A DNA stretch of 64,000 nt from Nitrososphaerota archaeon (GTDB taxonomy: Archaea > Thermoproteota > Nitrososphaeria > Conexivisphaerales > UBA164). The stretch covers positions 8,637-72,636 of the forward strand of contig WYER01000003.1 of NCBI GenBank assembly GCA_009903795.1, written 5' to 3'. Numbering within the stretch: position 1 is the stretch's first letter; each line of letters opens with the position of its first letter. Position numbers and translations under genes: made by a program. The notes beneath the pieces were generated by a model. The model saw only the letters and a program-made list of their open reading frames with translations, made no database searches and was not told the origin of the DNA. Below, piece after piece: positions 1-9,871 of the stretch.

Positions 1-402
1 CACGTCTAATGGTATATCTGCTTCATACTTTTTGTTTATGCCTTCAGCATAAACATGCACACTCCTTTCTGTTGCTTCAAGGTCTATCTTTTCTTTCTGA
101 GCTCCGGGTAATTCAATTATCACGTTTACTTTGTTTGTGTTTGGATCAACCATTACATCATAAAATGGTTTAACAACCTCGCTTCTTTTGACGCCCTTTG
201 CGGCAGGCTCGATGTTGCCAAACTCTCTAATGATGGGCCTTCCATTCTCTCCTATGGACCAAGATATCCCATAATAAAACGGTCCCTGGAATTCACCTTC
301 TTCTATCGATTCAAAAAGTTTATCAAACATCTTATCTATTTCTTTAAAATAGTCCCAAAAATCCTTAGGTCCTCTCCTTCTTTCTGGTTCATCTCTAGGC
401 AT
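1..402 (-). CDS. Small heat-shock protein, Hsp20/alpha-crystallin family (C-terminus cut by window edge)
   Basis: Not in the ORF track because it runs off the window. My own translation from the ATG (complement of 400-402) gives MPRDEPERRRGPKDFWDYFKEIDKMFDKLFESIEEGEF...KPFYDVMVDPNTNKVNVIIELPGAQKEKIDLEATERSVHVYAEG. The VIIELPG..KE.I.L block is the usual start of an alpha-crystallin domain. Confidence 0.7.
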   Translation of the reverse strand, partial: MPRDEPERRRGPKDFWDYFKEIDKMFDKLFESIEEGEFQGPFYYGISWSIGENGRPIIREFGNIEPAAKGVKRSEVVKPFYDVMVDPNTNKVNVIIELPGAQKEKIDLEATERSVHVYAEGINKKYEADIPLDV

Positions 403-507
403 AATATTATTTATAATTGGATTTATAAAAACTATTCTGTAAATTTAGCTTACTAAGTTTTAACTAAAACCTTTGCCCAACGATTTATTTTTAAAATTTT
501 TTAAAAG

Positions 508-650
508 TGGGGACGGTGGGACTTGAACCCACAACCAGCAGGTTTCTTCACGCTCCAGAATTTAATTTTAAATGCGGAGCCGCATAAAACGCGGCTCAAT
601 CAGACTTTTGATTCTGGAGCCTGCCGTCCTGCCTTTTAGACGACGTCCCC
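508..650 (-). tRNA. tRNA-Trp (anticodon CCA) with a 70-nt intron at the canonical 37/38 position
   Basis: The reverse complement folds as acceptor GGGGACG/CGTCCCC, D stem GTCT/GGAC, anticodon stem GCAGG/CCTGC, loop CTCCAGA, and T arm GTGGG-TTCAAGT-CCCAC, with discriminator A. The gene is 143 nt in total, leaving about 73 nt of mature tRNA. No CCA is encoded. Confidence 0.85.
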
Positions 651-757
651 ACTATTTGGGCAATAATACTGTTTTGCTTAAAAATTTTTCGTGTTTTTAT
701 CCTAATAGCTTTAACTGTCCTCCTACTCGCTTTAGAAGAAGCTGGTTCTTGTTATCT

Positions 758-1621
758 TTATTGTATGCCTTTCAGCTTTGCTACAAGCTGCATTAGTCCC
801 TGCTTATAATTTTTTTTGTCAGTTATGACCGTTGCAAAAATATGTTTTGAACCATCAGAAAAGTATCCTTTTAGCGAAACGTTTTCTTCGTTAATCTCAG
901 TATATATGCCAGCTGGAAAATGACATCCGCCTTGCATGAGTTCGTTAAACTCGGCTTCTATGTTTGCCCTTAAATTGGTTCTTTCGTTATACAAAAATTC
1001 TTCTAACTCCTTTATTTTATCGTTTTCTTTATTATATTCAACCGCTATTATTCCTTGTCCAGGTGCCGGTAAAAAATACCTTGGATCTAGCCTTTTCATT
1101 TTATATGTTTCTAAACCTAGCCTTTTCATCGCTGCACAGCTTAGCGTTAAAGCGTCAAATTTTCCTTCTTCCAATCGTTTTAACCTAGTGTCCACATTCC
1201 CCCTTAAGTCGATAACATTTAGATCAGGCCTGTAAAGGGATATCAGTGCTTTTCTTCTTAAGCTGCTGGTTCCGATTTTGCTTCCTTTTGGCAATTCAAA
1301 AAGATCAAGCTCCTCTTTTGATACAAGGCAATCAGCGGGATCGTCTTCCACAGGATATAGCACGCCTAATCTTTTGTCCCTTTCGCTGGGCAGATCCTTC
1401 ATGCTGTGCACAGCTAGGTCAGCTTTTCTAGCAATCACCGCATTTTCAAGCCTCTGCGTAAAAGCGCTCTTCCTGTTTATGTCGTATTTTCCTTCATCGC
1501 CTTCTGTGACGATTTTTAAAATTTCAAACTGAAAACCATAATTCTCCAATTTTTTTGCTATAATTTCAGCCTGTATTAGCGCAAGCTTGCTAGGCCTTGT
1601 GGCTATCACTATCTTTTTCAT
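758..1621 (-). CDS. hemC: Porphobilinogen deaminase (hydroxymethylbilane synthase)
   Basis: The ORF track gives 758..1633. KIVIATRPSKLALIQAEII..., HSMKDLP and GTSSLRR are HemC hallmarks. I prefer the ATG at 1621 (MKKIVIATR) over the upstream TTG at 1633. Confidence 0.9.
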   Translation of the reverse strand: MKKIVIATRPSKLALIQAEIIAKKLENYGFQFEILKIVTEGDEGKYDINRKSAFTQRLENAVIARKADLAVHSMKDLPSERDKRLGVLYPVEDDPADCLVSKEELDLFELPKGSKIGTSSLRRKALISLYRPDLNVIDLRGNVDTRLKRLEEGKFDALTLSCAAMKRLGLETYKMKRLDPRYFLPAPGQGIIAVEYNKENDKIKELEEFLYNERTNLRANIEAEFNELMQGGCHFPAGIYTEINEENVSLKGYFSDGSKHIFATVITDKKNYKQGLMQLVAKLKGIQ

Positions 1622-2810
1622 TTTTAGCACCAAGAGCTTCTAAGACATTTATTTTTGACTTAAGATCGTCTTCATTTTTCGGGTTACTAAGAATTGGGCC
1701 AAGAAGTTTTTTTACCGTTCTTTCTGCCATCTTTTTTAAAACATAATCAGTATCATGCTCATTATCTTTAAGATGTTTTTCAGCTATAAGGGCTTCTTCG
1801 TTTATTATATGATAAGCTCTTTTCATGATGTTTTTTATCTCGGGCCTAATCTTTTTATAATAAGCCGCAAGGTAAATTGAATCCGATTCTTGCTTTAACA
1901 TAGAATCAAGGTATTCAGGAGCTATGTTATCATTTTTTGTAATCTTGTAAATTTCTTCCATATCCCAGTAAGTAATGCCCATGTTTTTGACGTTTGGATT
2001 TATGTTTCTAGGCACTCCAAGATCGACCACAAGTTTGGGCTTGTTTTGCAACCCTTTTATAAAATCTTCATCAATAATATAATCTTTAGGAGCTGTAGTG
2101 GTTGCAGAAAATATTATGTCAGAACCCTCAAAGGCTTCCCTCAGCTCTTGATAAGAATAAACCTTAGCGCCAGGAAACTCAGCGTTATACAGCTTTCTTG
2201 AAGTCACTATAGATATTGATTTGCTATATCCTTTTAAATATTCATATATTGTTTTTGCAGTTCTGCCAGAACCTATTATAACTGCATTAAAGCTTTGCTG
2301 GTTTAAATAATCAACAGCCTTTTTAGCTATTTCTGAAGCTATTTCTTTCTTTGACGTTATTAACCCAGCCTTTCTTAATTTTTTGCTTACGCTTAAAGTT
2401 CTGTTTATTATACACTTTAAGGAAGATTTAACTTCGCCGTTTTTCAAAGATTTTACAAAGCTGTTCTTTATCTGATAATAGATGCTCTCTTCACCAGGAA
2501 GAAAAGAATCAAGTCCTAAGCTTACTAATAAAAGGTGTTTTACAACATCCTTTCCTTTAGCCGTATAATACCTGCTATCTTTAGCATACTTTTCAAGTAT
2601 GTTTGATGTATTTTCTGATATAAAGTAAACCTCAATCCTATTACATGTGATAAGCACAAATTTTTCATCGCAACCTTCAAAATCGCTTGCAAAATCATCA
2701 AAATTTTCCATGAGCGATTCTCTAAATTCTATACTGCTGAACTTGTACGATGTACCTACGAGGCCTAGCTCAGAACTTTTCTTCTGATCATTAATGTTTG
2801 ATTCTATCAT
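1590..2810 (-). CDS. hemA: Glutamyl-tRNA reductase
   Basis: 406 aa with ITCNRIEVY (catalytic Cys region) and an NAD-binding IIGSGRTA motif. It overlaps the hemC start and ends with a TAG stop. Confidence 0.9.
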   Translation of the reverse strand: MIESNINDQKKSSELGLVGTSYKFSSIEFRESLMENFDDFASDFEGCDEKFVLITCNRIEVYFISENTSNILEKYAKDSRYYTAKGKDVVKHLLLVSLGLDSFLPGEESIYYQIKNSFVKSLKNGEVKSSLKCIINRTLSVSKKLRKAGLITSKKEIASEIAKKAVDYLNQQSFNAVIIGSGRTAKTIYEYLKGYSKSISIVTSRKLYNAEFPGAKVYSYQELREAFEGSDIIFSATTTAPKDYIIDEDFIKGLQNKPKLVVDLGVPRNINPNVKNMGITYWDMEEIYKITKNDNIAPEYLDSMLKQESDSIYLAAYYKKIRPEIKNIMKRAYHIINEEALIAEKHLKDNEHDTDYVLKKMAERTVKKLLGPILSNPKNEDDLKSKINVLEALGAKNEKDSDSHKA

Positions 2811-2816
2811 AATTCA

Positions 2817-3902
2817 TCAGTTTTGCAAATGTTGTCGGTTCACTTCACGAAGTTTTTCGAGTAAAGCTTTTTCCTCTTCGCTTAGCTTCGATGGCAGTCT
2901 GACCTTAACCTTTAATATTAGATCTCCCCTTCCAAAGTAAGGTTTAGGAAAACCCTTTCCCTTTATTCTTATAGTGTCCCCGTTCTGTGTCAATCTTGGG
3001 ATTTCAATTTTTATTTCTTCTCCATCGATGTTAAGGAATTTTGTAGTAGCCCCTAGTATTGCGTCCAGATAATCTACTTCGAGCTCTGAATAAAGATCAT
3101 AACCATCCTTTTTAAACCTTAGATCCGGTATTAAATGAACGTTCAGGTAAAGGTCGCCTTTTTGGCCGTTAAGGTAATGACCTTGACCTTTTAACCTGAG
3201 CCTTTCGCCATCCTGAACGTCAAGCGGTATGTTTACCTCAATTTTAGCCGTGTTAAAAATTCTTCCTGTGCCGTTGCATACTTTACAGACTTTTTCAGGT
3301 ATTCTGCCGGCCCCCATACATCTTTGGCACGTTGTAACTGTTACCATAGTACCAAAAGGAGTTCTTCTATACGACCTTATCTGTCCGCTACCCTTACACA
3401 CAGGACACGTTATCCATCTGCTACCTTTCTCAACGCCGGTACCATTACAAGCTTTGCAAGATTCATACCTGCTTACTGTTATTTGCTTCTTTCCACCCGT
3501 GTAAAGATCCTGAAGCGAAACATCGATGTCCTGTTCTATATCAAGAGAATAACCGCCAGAAAAATTACCAAAGAACTGTCTAAAAATTTCAGAGAAATCA
3601 AACCCAAAATCTTTGAAAAGGTCTTCAAAATCAACCCCCCTAAATATGTCTTCCTGTGTATACTGAGAATAAATTCCTTCTTCGCCATACATATCGTATT
3701 GTCTCCTTTTTTCCGGATCAGATAATACCGCGTAAGCTTCAGTAATTTCTTTGAACTTTTCTTCTGCTTCTTTTGATTTGTTAACATCAGGATGGTATTT
3801 TAAAGCGAGCTTTCTGTAAGCTTCTTTTATCTCTTCTTGAGTTGCATTTCTAGATACACCAAGAATTTCATAGTAATCCTTCTTTTTTCTCTCAGCGCTC
3901 AT
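2817..3902 (-). CDS. dnaJ: Chaperone DnaJ (type I, with CxxCxGxG zinc-finger repeats)
   Basis: J-domain DYYEILGV...KYHPD. There are four Cys repeats: [32 protein letters not shown]. Confidence 0.95.
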   Translation of the reverse strand: MSAERKKKDYYEILGVSRNATQEEIKEAYRKLALKYHPDVNKSKEAEEKFKEITEAYAVLSDPEKRRQYDMYGEEGIYSQYTQEDIFRGVDFEDLFKDFGFDFSEIFRQFFGNFSGGYSLDIEQDIDVSLQDLYTGGKKQITVSRYESCKACNGTGVEKGSRWITCPVCKGSGQIRSYRRTPFGTMVTVTTCQRCMGAGRIPEKVCKVCNGTGRIFNTAKIEVNIPLDVQDGERLRLKGQGHYLNGQKGDLYLNVHLIPDLRFKKDGYDLYSELEVDYLDAILGATTKFLNIDGEEIKIEIPRLTQNGDTIRIKGKGFPKPYFGRGDLILKVKVRLPSKLSEEEKALLEKLREVNRQHLQN

Positions 3903-3908
3903 TTACTT

Positions 3909-5726
3909 TTAACTGCCTGAACCCGAAACATCCCTGTAGTTCTGCTGCCCGGATGAAGAGCTTCCTGCTGAAGCATAAAACTTTGTGCTTATTGTTCCTA
4001 GGACTTCTTTTAAAGCATTAGTTTTTTCTTTTATAAGGTTAACATCGTTCTTTTTAAGAGCTTCCTGCAGTTCATTTTCCGCTTTTGAAATTTTATCAAG
4101 GTCTTCGTTTACGAGCTTATCCTTGAACTGTTCCTTAAACTTCTTTGAATTATAGAGAGTGGCGTCAGCCTCATTTCTTGCCAGCGCTTCTTCTAATTTC
4201 TTTTTATCCTGTTCCGCATACATTTCAGCCTCCTTTATCATTCTCTGTTTTTCTTCTTCAGATAGTTTAACCCTTGAAGTAATTGTGATCTTATTTTCTT
4301 TACCAGTTGCAAGGTCTTTAGCGCTAACGTGCAGTATTCCATTAGCGTCTATGTCAAAAGTGACTTCAATCTTTGGCACTCCTCTTGGCGCAGGCGGTAT
4401 TCCTTCAAGCGTAAACATACCTAACGAAACATTATCTGCTGCCATTGGTCTTTCTCCCTGGAGAACGTGAATAGTTACTGCTGTCTGATAATCCTCGGCC
4501 GTCGTAAATATCTGAGATCTCCTTGTAGGAATCGTAGTGTTCCTTTCTATTATTTTAGTAAATATACCTCCGTATGTTTCAACCCCCAAAGAAACTGGTA
4601 TGACGTCAAGAAGAACTATATTCTTCATTTCTCCAGCCAGAATAGCGCCTTGTATGGCTGCTCCTATGGCAACGGCTTCCATTGGGTCTACACCTCTTTC
4701 AGCAGGCTTCCCCATTATTTCTTCTATGAACCTTCTTACGAGCGGCATCCTTGTCATTCCCCCTATAAGGATCACTTTGTCGATTTTTTCAGGTGTTAGC
4801 TTGGCATCCTCTAGTACTTGTCTTATTGTAGGCTCTATCCTTCTTATGATCGGCATAGCTATCTCTTCGAGTTTAGCTCTAGTGAGGGTATAATGAAGGT
4901 GTTTTGGCTGACCGTTAACGCTCGCTATAAATGGAAGATCGATATCAGTAGTAAGAAGGTTAGTCAGCTCTATCTTTGCCTTTTCTGCAGCTTCTTTCAA
5001 CCTCACCATTGCAATGGGGTCTGATGAAAGGTCCACACCTGTTTCTTTTTTAAACTCGTCTACCAGCAGGTTTACTATAGCCTTGTCGACGTCGCTACCA
5101 CCAGTTTCGTTATCGCCGCTGGTTGCGAGGACCTGGAAGACGCCTCCTCCAAACTCCATCAAAGTTGCATCATGCGTCCCTCCTCCAAAGCTAAACACAA
5201 GAATACGCATCTCTTTGTCCGCTTTATCGATGCCATAAGCAAGGCATGCAGCTGTAGGTTCGTTTATTATTCTCACCACTTCTAAGCCAGCTATTTCAGC
5301 AGCATCCTTTGTAGCCTGCCTTTGATTATCGTTAAAGTGAGCCGGGACCGTTATGACAGCTTTCTTTATAGGATAGCCAAGGAAGTTTTCAGCGTCTTTC
5401 TTGATCTTTTGCAGCAAGAATGCAGAAAGCTGCTGTGGTGTGTACTCCTTTCCATAAATTTTATACCTGTAATCAGTCCCCATCTTTCTTTTGAATTCAA
5501 ATATAGTACCTTCAGGATTTATTGCAGCCTGCCTTTTTGCAGGTTCCCCAACAAGAAGCTGTCCATCCTTTGTAAAAGCCACAACTGATGGGAACATTTT
5601 TCCTGCAACAGTAGGCCCCTCTGCGCTGGGTATTATGATCGGTTTTCCTCCTTCAACTATGGCTGCCGCTGAGTTTGTTGTACCTAGGTCTATACCTATT
5701 ATTTTTTCTTTCTGAGTTTCGCTCAT
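3909..5726 (-). CDS. dnaK: Chaperone DnaK (Hsp70)
   Basis: 605 aa with [22 protein letters not shown] and RIINEPTAA signatures. Confidence 0.97.
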   Translation of the reverse strand: MSETQKEKIIGIDLGTTNSAAAIVEGGKPIIIPSAEGPTVAGKMFPSVVAFTKDGQLLVGEPAKRQAAINPEGTIFEFKRKMGTDYRYKIYGKEYTPQQLSAFLLQKIKKDAENFLGYPIKKAVITVPAHFNDNQRQATKDAAEIAGLEVVRIINEPTAACLAYGIDKADKEMRILVFSFGGGTHDATLMEFGGGVFQVLATSGDNETGGSDVDKAIVNLLVDEFKKETGVDLSSDPIAMVRLKEAAEKAKIELTNLLTTDIDLPFIASVNGQPKHLHYTLTRAKLEEIAMPIIRRIEPTIRQVLEDAKLTPEKIDKVILIGGMTRMPLVRRFIEEIMGKPAERGVDPMEAVAIGAAIQGAILAGEMKNIVLLDVIPVSLGVETYGGIFTKIIERNTTIPTRRSQIFTTAEDYQTAVTIHVLQGERPMAADNVSLGMFTLEGIPPAPRGVPKIEVTFDIDANGILHVSAKDLATGKENKITITSRVKLSEEEKQRMIKEAEMYAEQDKKKLEEALARNEADATLYNSKKFKEQFKDKLVNEDLDKISKAENELQEALKKNDVNLIKEKTNALKEVLGTISTKFYASAGSSSSGQQNYRDVSGSGS

Positions 5727-5738
5727 TTTTTATCACCA

Positions 5739-6239
5739 TTAAACCCCAACAACAACAATCGCTGGTTTAATAACTTTCCCGTTTTGCATATATCCTTTAC
5801 TTAAAACTTTTAATACTTTACCTTTTAATGCCTCGTCTTCAACTTTCTGAGTATAGGCTATATGATGATATTTTGGGTCAAACGCCTGATTTAAAGGATC
5901 TATTAATGAAAAACCTGATTCAAAAAGCGACTTTAACAGTTTTTCCATTATCATTATGAATCCTTTAGCAAGCTCGCTATTATTGCCCAAATTCTTCAAA
6001 ATTTCATCCCTAAAATAAAAAAGCTCGTTTATAGGTTCTGAAAGCTTTATTACAACTTCTGCTTTTCCTTCATTCCTACATTCTTTGAACTCAGCTTCTG
6101 ACCTTTTTTTAAAATTTTCAAAATCAGCAAGAAGGTAAATATAATCTCTGCGCGCTTGTGCGTTTTCTTTTACCTTTTCGCTTAATGCTTTTTTTAATCT
6201 TGAAATTACTTCATTAGCTCTGGTTATGTCTTCGATCAT
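5739..6239 (-). CDS. grpE: Nucleotide exchange factor GrpE
   Basis: 166 aa with YLLADFENFKKR and HHIAY...V..V..KGY motifs. It is first in the order grpE-dnaK-dnaJ. Confidence 0.9.
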   Translation of the reverse strand: MIEDITRANEVISRLKKALSEKVKENAQARRDYIYLLADFENFKKRSEAEFKECRNEGKAEVVIKLSEPINELFYFRDEILKNLGNNSELAKGFIMIMEKLLKSLFESGFSLIDPLNQAFDPKYHHIAYTQKVEDEALKGKVLKVLSKGYMQNGKVIKPAIVVVGV

Positions 6240-6272
6240 CCAATTTATAATTAAGAATTTGATTAAAAACCT

Positions 6273-6309
6273 TTATCCATAATAAATCATTAGAAAAATC
6301 TATGGATAA
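6273..6309. promoter_or_regulatory. Inverted repeat TTATCCATA-N19-TATGGATAA upstream of grpE (candidate operator)
   Basis: Perfect 9-bp arms at 6273-6281 and 6301-6309. The repeat lies 34-70 nt upstream of the grpE start codon at 6239, next to A/T-rich TATA-like sequence. Confidence 0.35.
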
Positions 6310-6742
6310 TGTTTGATTTTAAACCTGAGCTAACAACAAGAAACAACCTGAAGCAAAAGAACCTTATGTTGGTATAACTAATTCATTGTTAAAATGAAAG
6401 ATGTTGACATTTTCAAAAACCTGTAACCGTTACAATGGACTTACACTACATAAAATTGTTAGCATGAAGTCTAGAGTTAAAAGAAAAGGGATCAGCTTAT
6501 TAGTTCTCAATCATGTATTTTGCAATTAATGATAAAAATTTAAGGGAATTTAGGAAATCAACATGTTCGATTAACCAGCTTAAAAGCTGATTTAAGGAAA
6601 ACAGCAACATAAAACAGAAAGGTGACAATTTTATCATAAAATCAAAGTTTTGATTTACTGATGAAGGTGGAGTTAAGTTCAATAATAAAAAATATAAGGG
6701 GATATTCCTTAAAAGCAGAAATCCAAGGTAGTAATACAACAG

Positions 6743-6840
6743 CTCTGCCTTAACTAAAGGTATAGCTCAGTCGTAGGTAAGTACCCTACAGGTAATAAAG
6801 ATGCGTGTAAGTCCACTGGAAACAGGCCCGTCCTTTAGAA
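6743..6840 (-). repeat. Dispersed intergenic repeat, family B, copy 2
   Basis: The reverse complement (tgtttccagtggacttacacgcatctttattacctgtagggtacttacctacgactgagctatacctttagttaaggcag) aligns by eye at roughly three-quarters identity with 18260-18340. Confidence 0.5.
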
Positions 6841-6898
6841 AAAATAGCTTCCTTGTTTCAGAAAAATGTAAAAAGACATAAAACATATTTATTATTAT

Positions 6899-7612
6899 AT
6901 GATTGATGCTGTGTATTTTGCTGTTTCTGAAAGCTCAAAAAATAAAATTTTAACTCTTTCAAAACGGTTTAAAATAAAAGTTAGAGTGCTGCGGATAGTA
7001 AAGCAGGTAGAGCTTCCGTTTGATATTGAAAAATATCTTAAAAAACATTTTGATTGGATTGTTTTTACTTCTTCTTTTGGGGCCAAAACCTTTTCTAAAA
7101 AGGTAATGAAAAAGGGCGTTTTTCATTATCTTATTGATACCAAGTTTGCAGCAGTAGGCTCAGAGACTGCGAAAACGCTTAAGGAAAATGGGTTAGGCGT
7201 CCATTTTATGCCAAAACATTATACTACTGCAGCCCTTGCCGAAGAAATCGTCATTTCTAAAGGTGAAAAAGTTCTTACTGTAAGATCTAAAGAAGGGGAT
7301 GATTTACTTGAAAAAAAGTTAAGCGAAAGATCCTGCTACGTTACGAGGCTTAATGCATATAAAGAGATAGTTCGCAGGAGAACTATATCATTAAAAAAAG
7401 ATGATGTTGTAGTTTTCGGAAGCAGCTATATTCTGCAATCGTTTACAAAACTTCTAAAGAACGTTAAACCAGAAGATTTGTTTGCGATTGCTATTGGTCC
7501 TAAAACTTTGTCAAAAGCAAAAGAGCTTGGCTACAGAATAAAAGGAAACGTAAAGACTTATACATACGAAGGTGTCTTTGAGAGTTTGAGGGATACGCTA
7601 AATGGATTATGA
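6899..7612 (+). CDS. hemD: Uroporphyrinogen-III synthase
   Basis: 237 aa with WIVFTSSFGAKTF and VVVFGSS two-lobe HemD-type repeats. It overlaps the hemB start. Confidence 0.75.
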   Translation: MIDAVYFAVSESSKNKILTLSKRFKIKVRVLRIVKQVELPFDIEKYLKKHFDWIVFTSSFGAKTFSKKVMKKGVFHYLIDTKFAAVGSETAKTLKENGLGVHFMPKHYTTAALAEEIVISKGEKVLTVRSKEGDDLLEKKLSERSCYVTRLNAYKEIVRRRTISLKKDDVVVFGSSYILQSFTKLLKNVKPEDLFAIAIGPKTLSKAKELGYRIKGNVKTYTYEGVFESLRDTLNGL

Positions 7613-8582
7613 TATTTTTCCTAGGGTCAGGGAAAGAAGGCTGCGAAAAAGCCAAAAAATCAGAGATCTTGTAGCAGAAGTAAGCTTAAACAAAAGCAAC
7701 CTTGTTCAGCCTATCTTTGTTTACCCGGGAGAAAACTCAACAGAAAGGATAAAAAGCATGCCGGACGTTTACAGAATGACCATAGACAGGGCCATAAAAT
7801 TTGTAGGCGAAGGGCTGGCTTCTGGCATAAACGCCTACCTTCTTTTTGGAATACCTTCACATAAAGATGACATGGGGAGTGAAGCATATGATGAGGAAGG
7901 CATAATACCAAATGCTGTAAGATCGATAAAAAAAGAATATCCTGATGCAGTTCTGATAACTGACGTGTGCATGTGTGAATATACTTCTCACGGGCATTGC
8001 GGGATAATTATTAACGGAAAAGTTGACAACGATACAACTTTAAAATATCTAGCAAAAACGGCCTTAGTGTACGCTAAATCTGGGGCGGACATTGTGGCTC
8101 CCAGTTCAATGATGGATGGACAGGTTAAAGCTATAAGGGATGCTCTTGATGAAAATGGCTTTACAGATACCATAATAATGTCTTACTCATCCAAATTTGC
8201 TTCTTCGCTTTACGGTCCGTTCAGAGAAGCCGCAGATTCAAGGCCACAGTTTGGGGATCGCAAGACTTACCAGATGGATTACAGGAGTGCACGAACAGCT
8301 CTCAGAGAAATAGAACTTGACATAAAGGAAGGGGCAGATATAGTGATGGTTAAGCCTGCAATGTTTTACATGGACATAATAGCAAAAGCTAAAGAGAGAT
8401 TTTTAGTGCCCTTAGCAGCATACAGCGTGAGCGGGGAGTACAGCATGATAAAAGCGGCTTTTGAAAACGGATGGATTGACGAAGATCAGGTCCTTTTAGA
8501 GTACATGCATTCTTTAAAAAGAGCTGGCGCTGATATAATAATAACCTATTACGCTAAGCGCTTGGCAGAACTCCTAAGGTGA
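7602..8582 (+). CDS. hemB: Porphobilinogen synthase (delta-aminolevulinate dehydratase)
   Basis: 326 aa with RRLR, DVCMCEYTSHGHCG, VAPSSMMDGQV, MVKPA and YSVSGEY motifs. Confidence 0.95.
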   Translation: MDYDIFPRVRERRLRKSQKIRDLVAEVSLNKSNLVQPIFVYPGENSTERIKSMPDVYRMTIDRAIKFVGEGLASGINAYLLFGIPSHKDDMGSEAYDEEGIIPNAVRSIKKEYPDAVLITDVCMCEYTSHGHCGIIINGKVDNDTTLKYLAKTALVYAKSGADIVAPSSMMDGQVKAIRDALDENGFTDTIIMSYSSKFASSLYGPFREAADSRPQFGDRKTYQMDYRSARTALREIELDIKEGADIVMVKPAMFYMDIIAKAKERFLVPLAAYSVSGEYSMIKAAFENGWIDEDQVLLEYMHSLKRAGADIIITYYAKRLAELLR

Positions 8583-9871
8583 ATTGCATGCAGTTCGAAG
8601 GTTCTAAGGCTCTTTATAATAGAGCTCAAAGGGTTTTAGTTGGAGGAGTAAACAGCCCAGTAAGGGCATTTGGAAGCGTTGGCGGCAACCCAATTTTTAT
8701 AAAAAAAGCCAAGGGTTCAAAAATTTATGATGTAGACGAAAATGAATACGTTGATTATGTATGCTCGTGGGGAGCCATAATACTTGGTCATGCTGATGAA
8801 GACGTACTGCAGGCTGTTTTTGAAGCCTCAAAAAACGGAACTAGTTACGGCTTCACAAACCTTTATGAGGTTGAGCTTGCAGAAGCCATAAACGAAAGAA
8901 TAAAAAGTGCAGAAATGGTAAGGTTTGTTAACTCTGGAACAGAAGCCGCGATGACGTCGTTAAGATTAGCAAGAGGTTATACGCACAGAAAAAAGGTAAT
9001 AAAATTTATTGGAAATTATCATGGGCATTATGACCCTTTTTTGGTTAAAGCTGGATCAGGATTAGCCACTTATTCGCTTTCTTCATCTGAAGGTGTAACT
9101 GAAGGTTGTATAGCTGATACATTGATAGTAGACTATAACGATGTTGATTCCGTTGTTCTTGCTGCTGAAAAAAACAAAAATGAATTAGCCGCAATTATAG
9201 TTGAACCTGTTGCTGGAAACATGGGCGTCATCAAGCCCGATTTGAACTTTCTAAAAAAGTTAAGAGAAATATGCGATAAGCTCGACTGTGTTCTAATTTT
9301 TGATGAAGTTATAACTGGTTTTAGAGTTTCCTATGGCGGTGCACAGGAGTTATTTGGCGTGTTGCCAGATCTAACTTTGTTGGGAAAAATTGTTGGCGGC
9401 GGTTTTCCCCTCGCTGCAGTTACCGGCAAAAAAGAAATAATGAAAAAACTCACCCCGCTTGGAGCGGTTTACCAGGCAGGGACTCTAGCTGGAAACCCTG
9501 TTGCTACAGCAGCAGGCTTGGCCACTTTAAAAAAGCTTACAAGGGATCAATATGATAAGCTTGAAGATTACGGAAAAAGGCTCGAAAAAGGAATAAATGA
9601 AATACTTGAAGAGTCAAAACTGGAAGCTGTCGTTAACAGAGTTGGATCTATGTTTTCTTTGTTTTTTAACACATCAAAAGTAAAAAAATACAGCGATATA
9701 AAAAGCTCTAAAAATTTTCCTAAATTCTTTTGGAAAATGATTGAAAATAAAATTTTCATTCCGCCTTCACAGTACGAGAGCCTTTTCTTTACGCTTTCGC
9801 ATAATAAAGATGATCTAGAAAAGACCTTGGAAGCTTTTAAGTCTTCTGTAAACGCGTTAAGCCATGAATGA
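8579..9871 (+). CDS. hemL: Glutamate-1-semialdehyde 2,1-aminomutase
   Basis: 430 aa with GGVNSPVRAF, FDEVITGFR and GKIVGGGFP (PLP lysine region) motifs. Confidence 0.95.
   Translation: MNCMQFEGSKALYNRAQRVLVGGVNSPVRAFGSVGGNPIFIKKAKGSKIYDVDENEYVDYVCSWGAIILGHADEDVLQAVFEASKNGTSYGFTNLYEVELAEAINERIKSAEMVRFVNSGTEAAMTSLRLARGYTHRKKVIKFIGNYHGHYDPFLVKAGSGLATYSLSSSEGVTEGCIADTLIVDYNDVDSVVLAAEKNKNELAAIIVEPVAGNMGVIKPDLNFLKKLREICDKLDCVLIFDEVITGFRVSYGGAQELFGVLPDLTLLGKIVGGGFPLAAVTGKKEIMKKLTPLGAVYQAGTLAGNPVATAAGLATLKKLTRDQYDKLEDYGKRLEKGINEILEESKLEAVVNRVGSMFSLFFNTSKVKKYSDIKSSKNFPKFFWKMIENKIFIPPSQYESLFFTLSHNKDDLEKTLEAFKSSVNALSHE

Noticed and set aside
572-796. A 74-aa plus-strand ORF.
   Set aside because: It overlaps the tRNA-Trp gene and the hemC 3' end, and its sequence is low-complexity. 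Spurious.
936-5715. Many 60-130-aa ORFs antisense to hemC, dnaJ and dnaK (for example 936..1235, 3324..3725, 4537..4893, 5491..5715). Similar ones lie opposite most long genes throughout the window.
   Set aside because: They are shadow ORFs on the strand opposite strongly supported genes. They are low-complexity with no recognisable motifs.
6500-6739. A 79-aa hydrophobic ORF in the grpE-hemD spacer.
   Set aside because: Its composition is driven by the AT-rich sequence (Leu/Phe/Asn/Tyr runs). There is no motif or promoter geometry, and it lies in repeat-bearing debris. It cannot be excluded as a small membrane protein, but it is unsupported.
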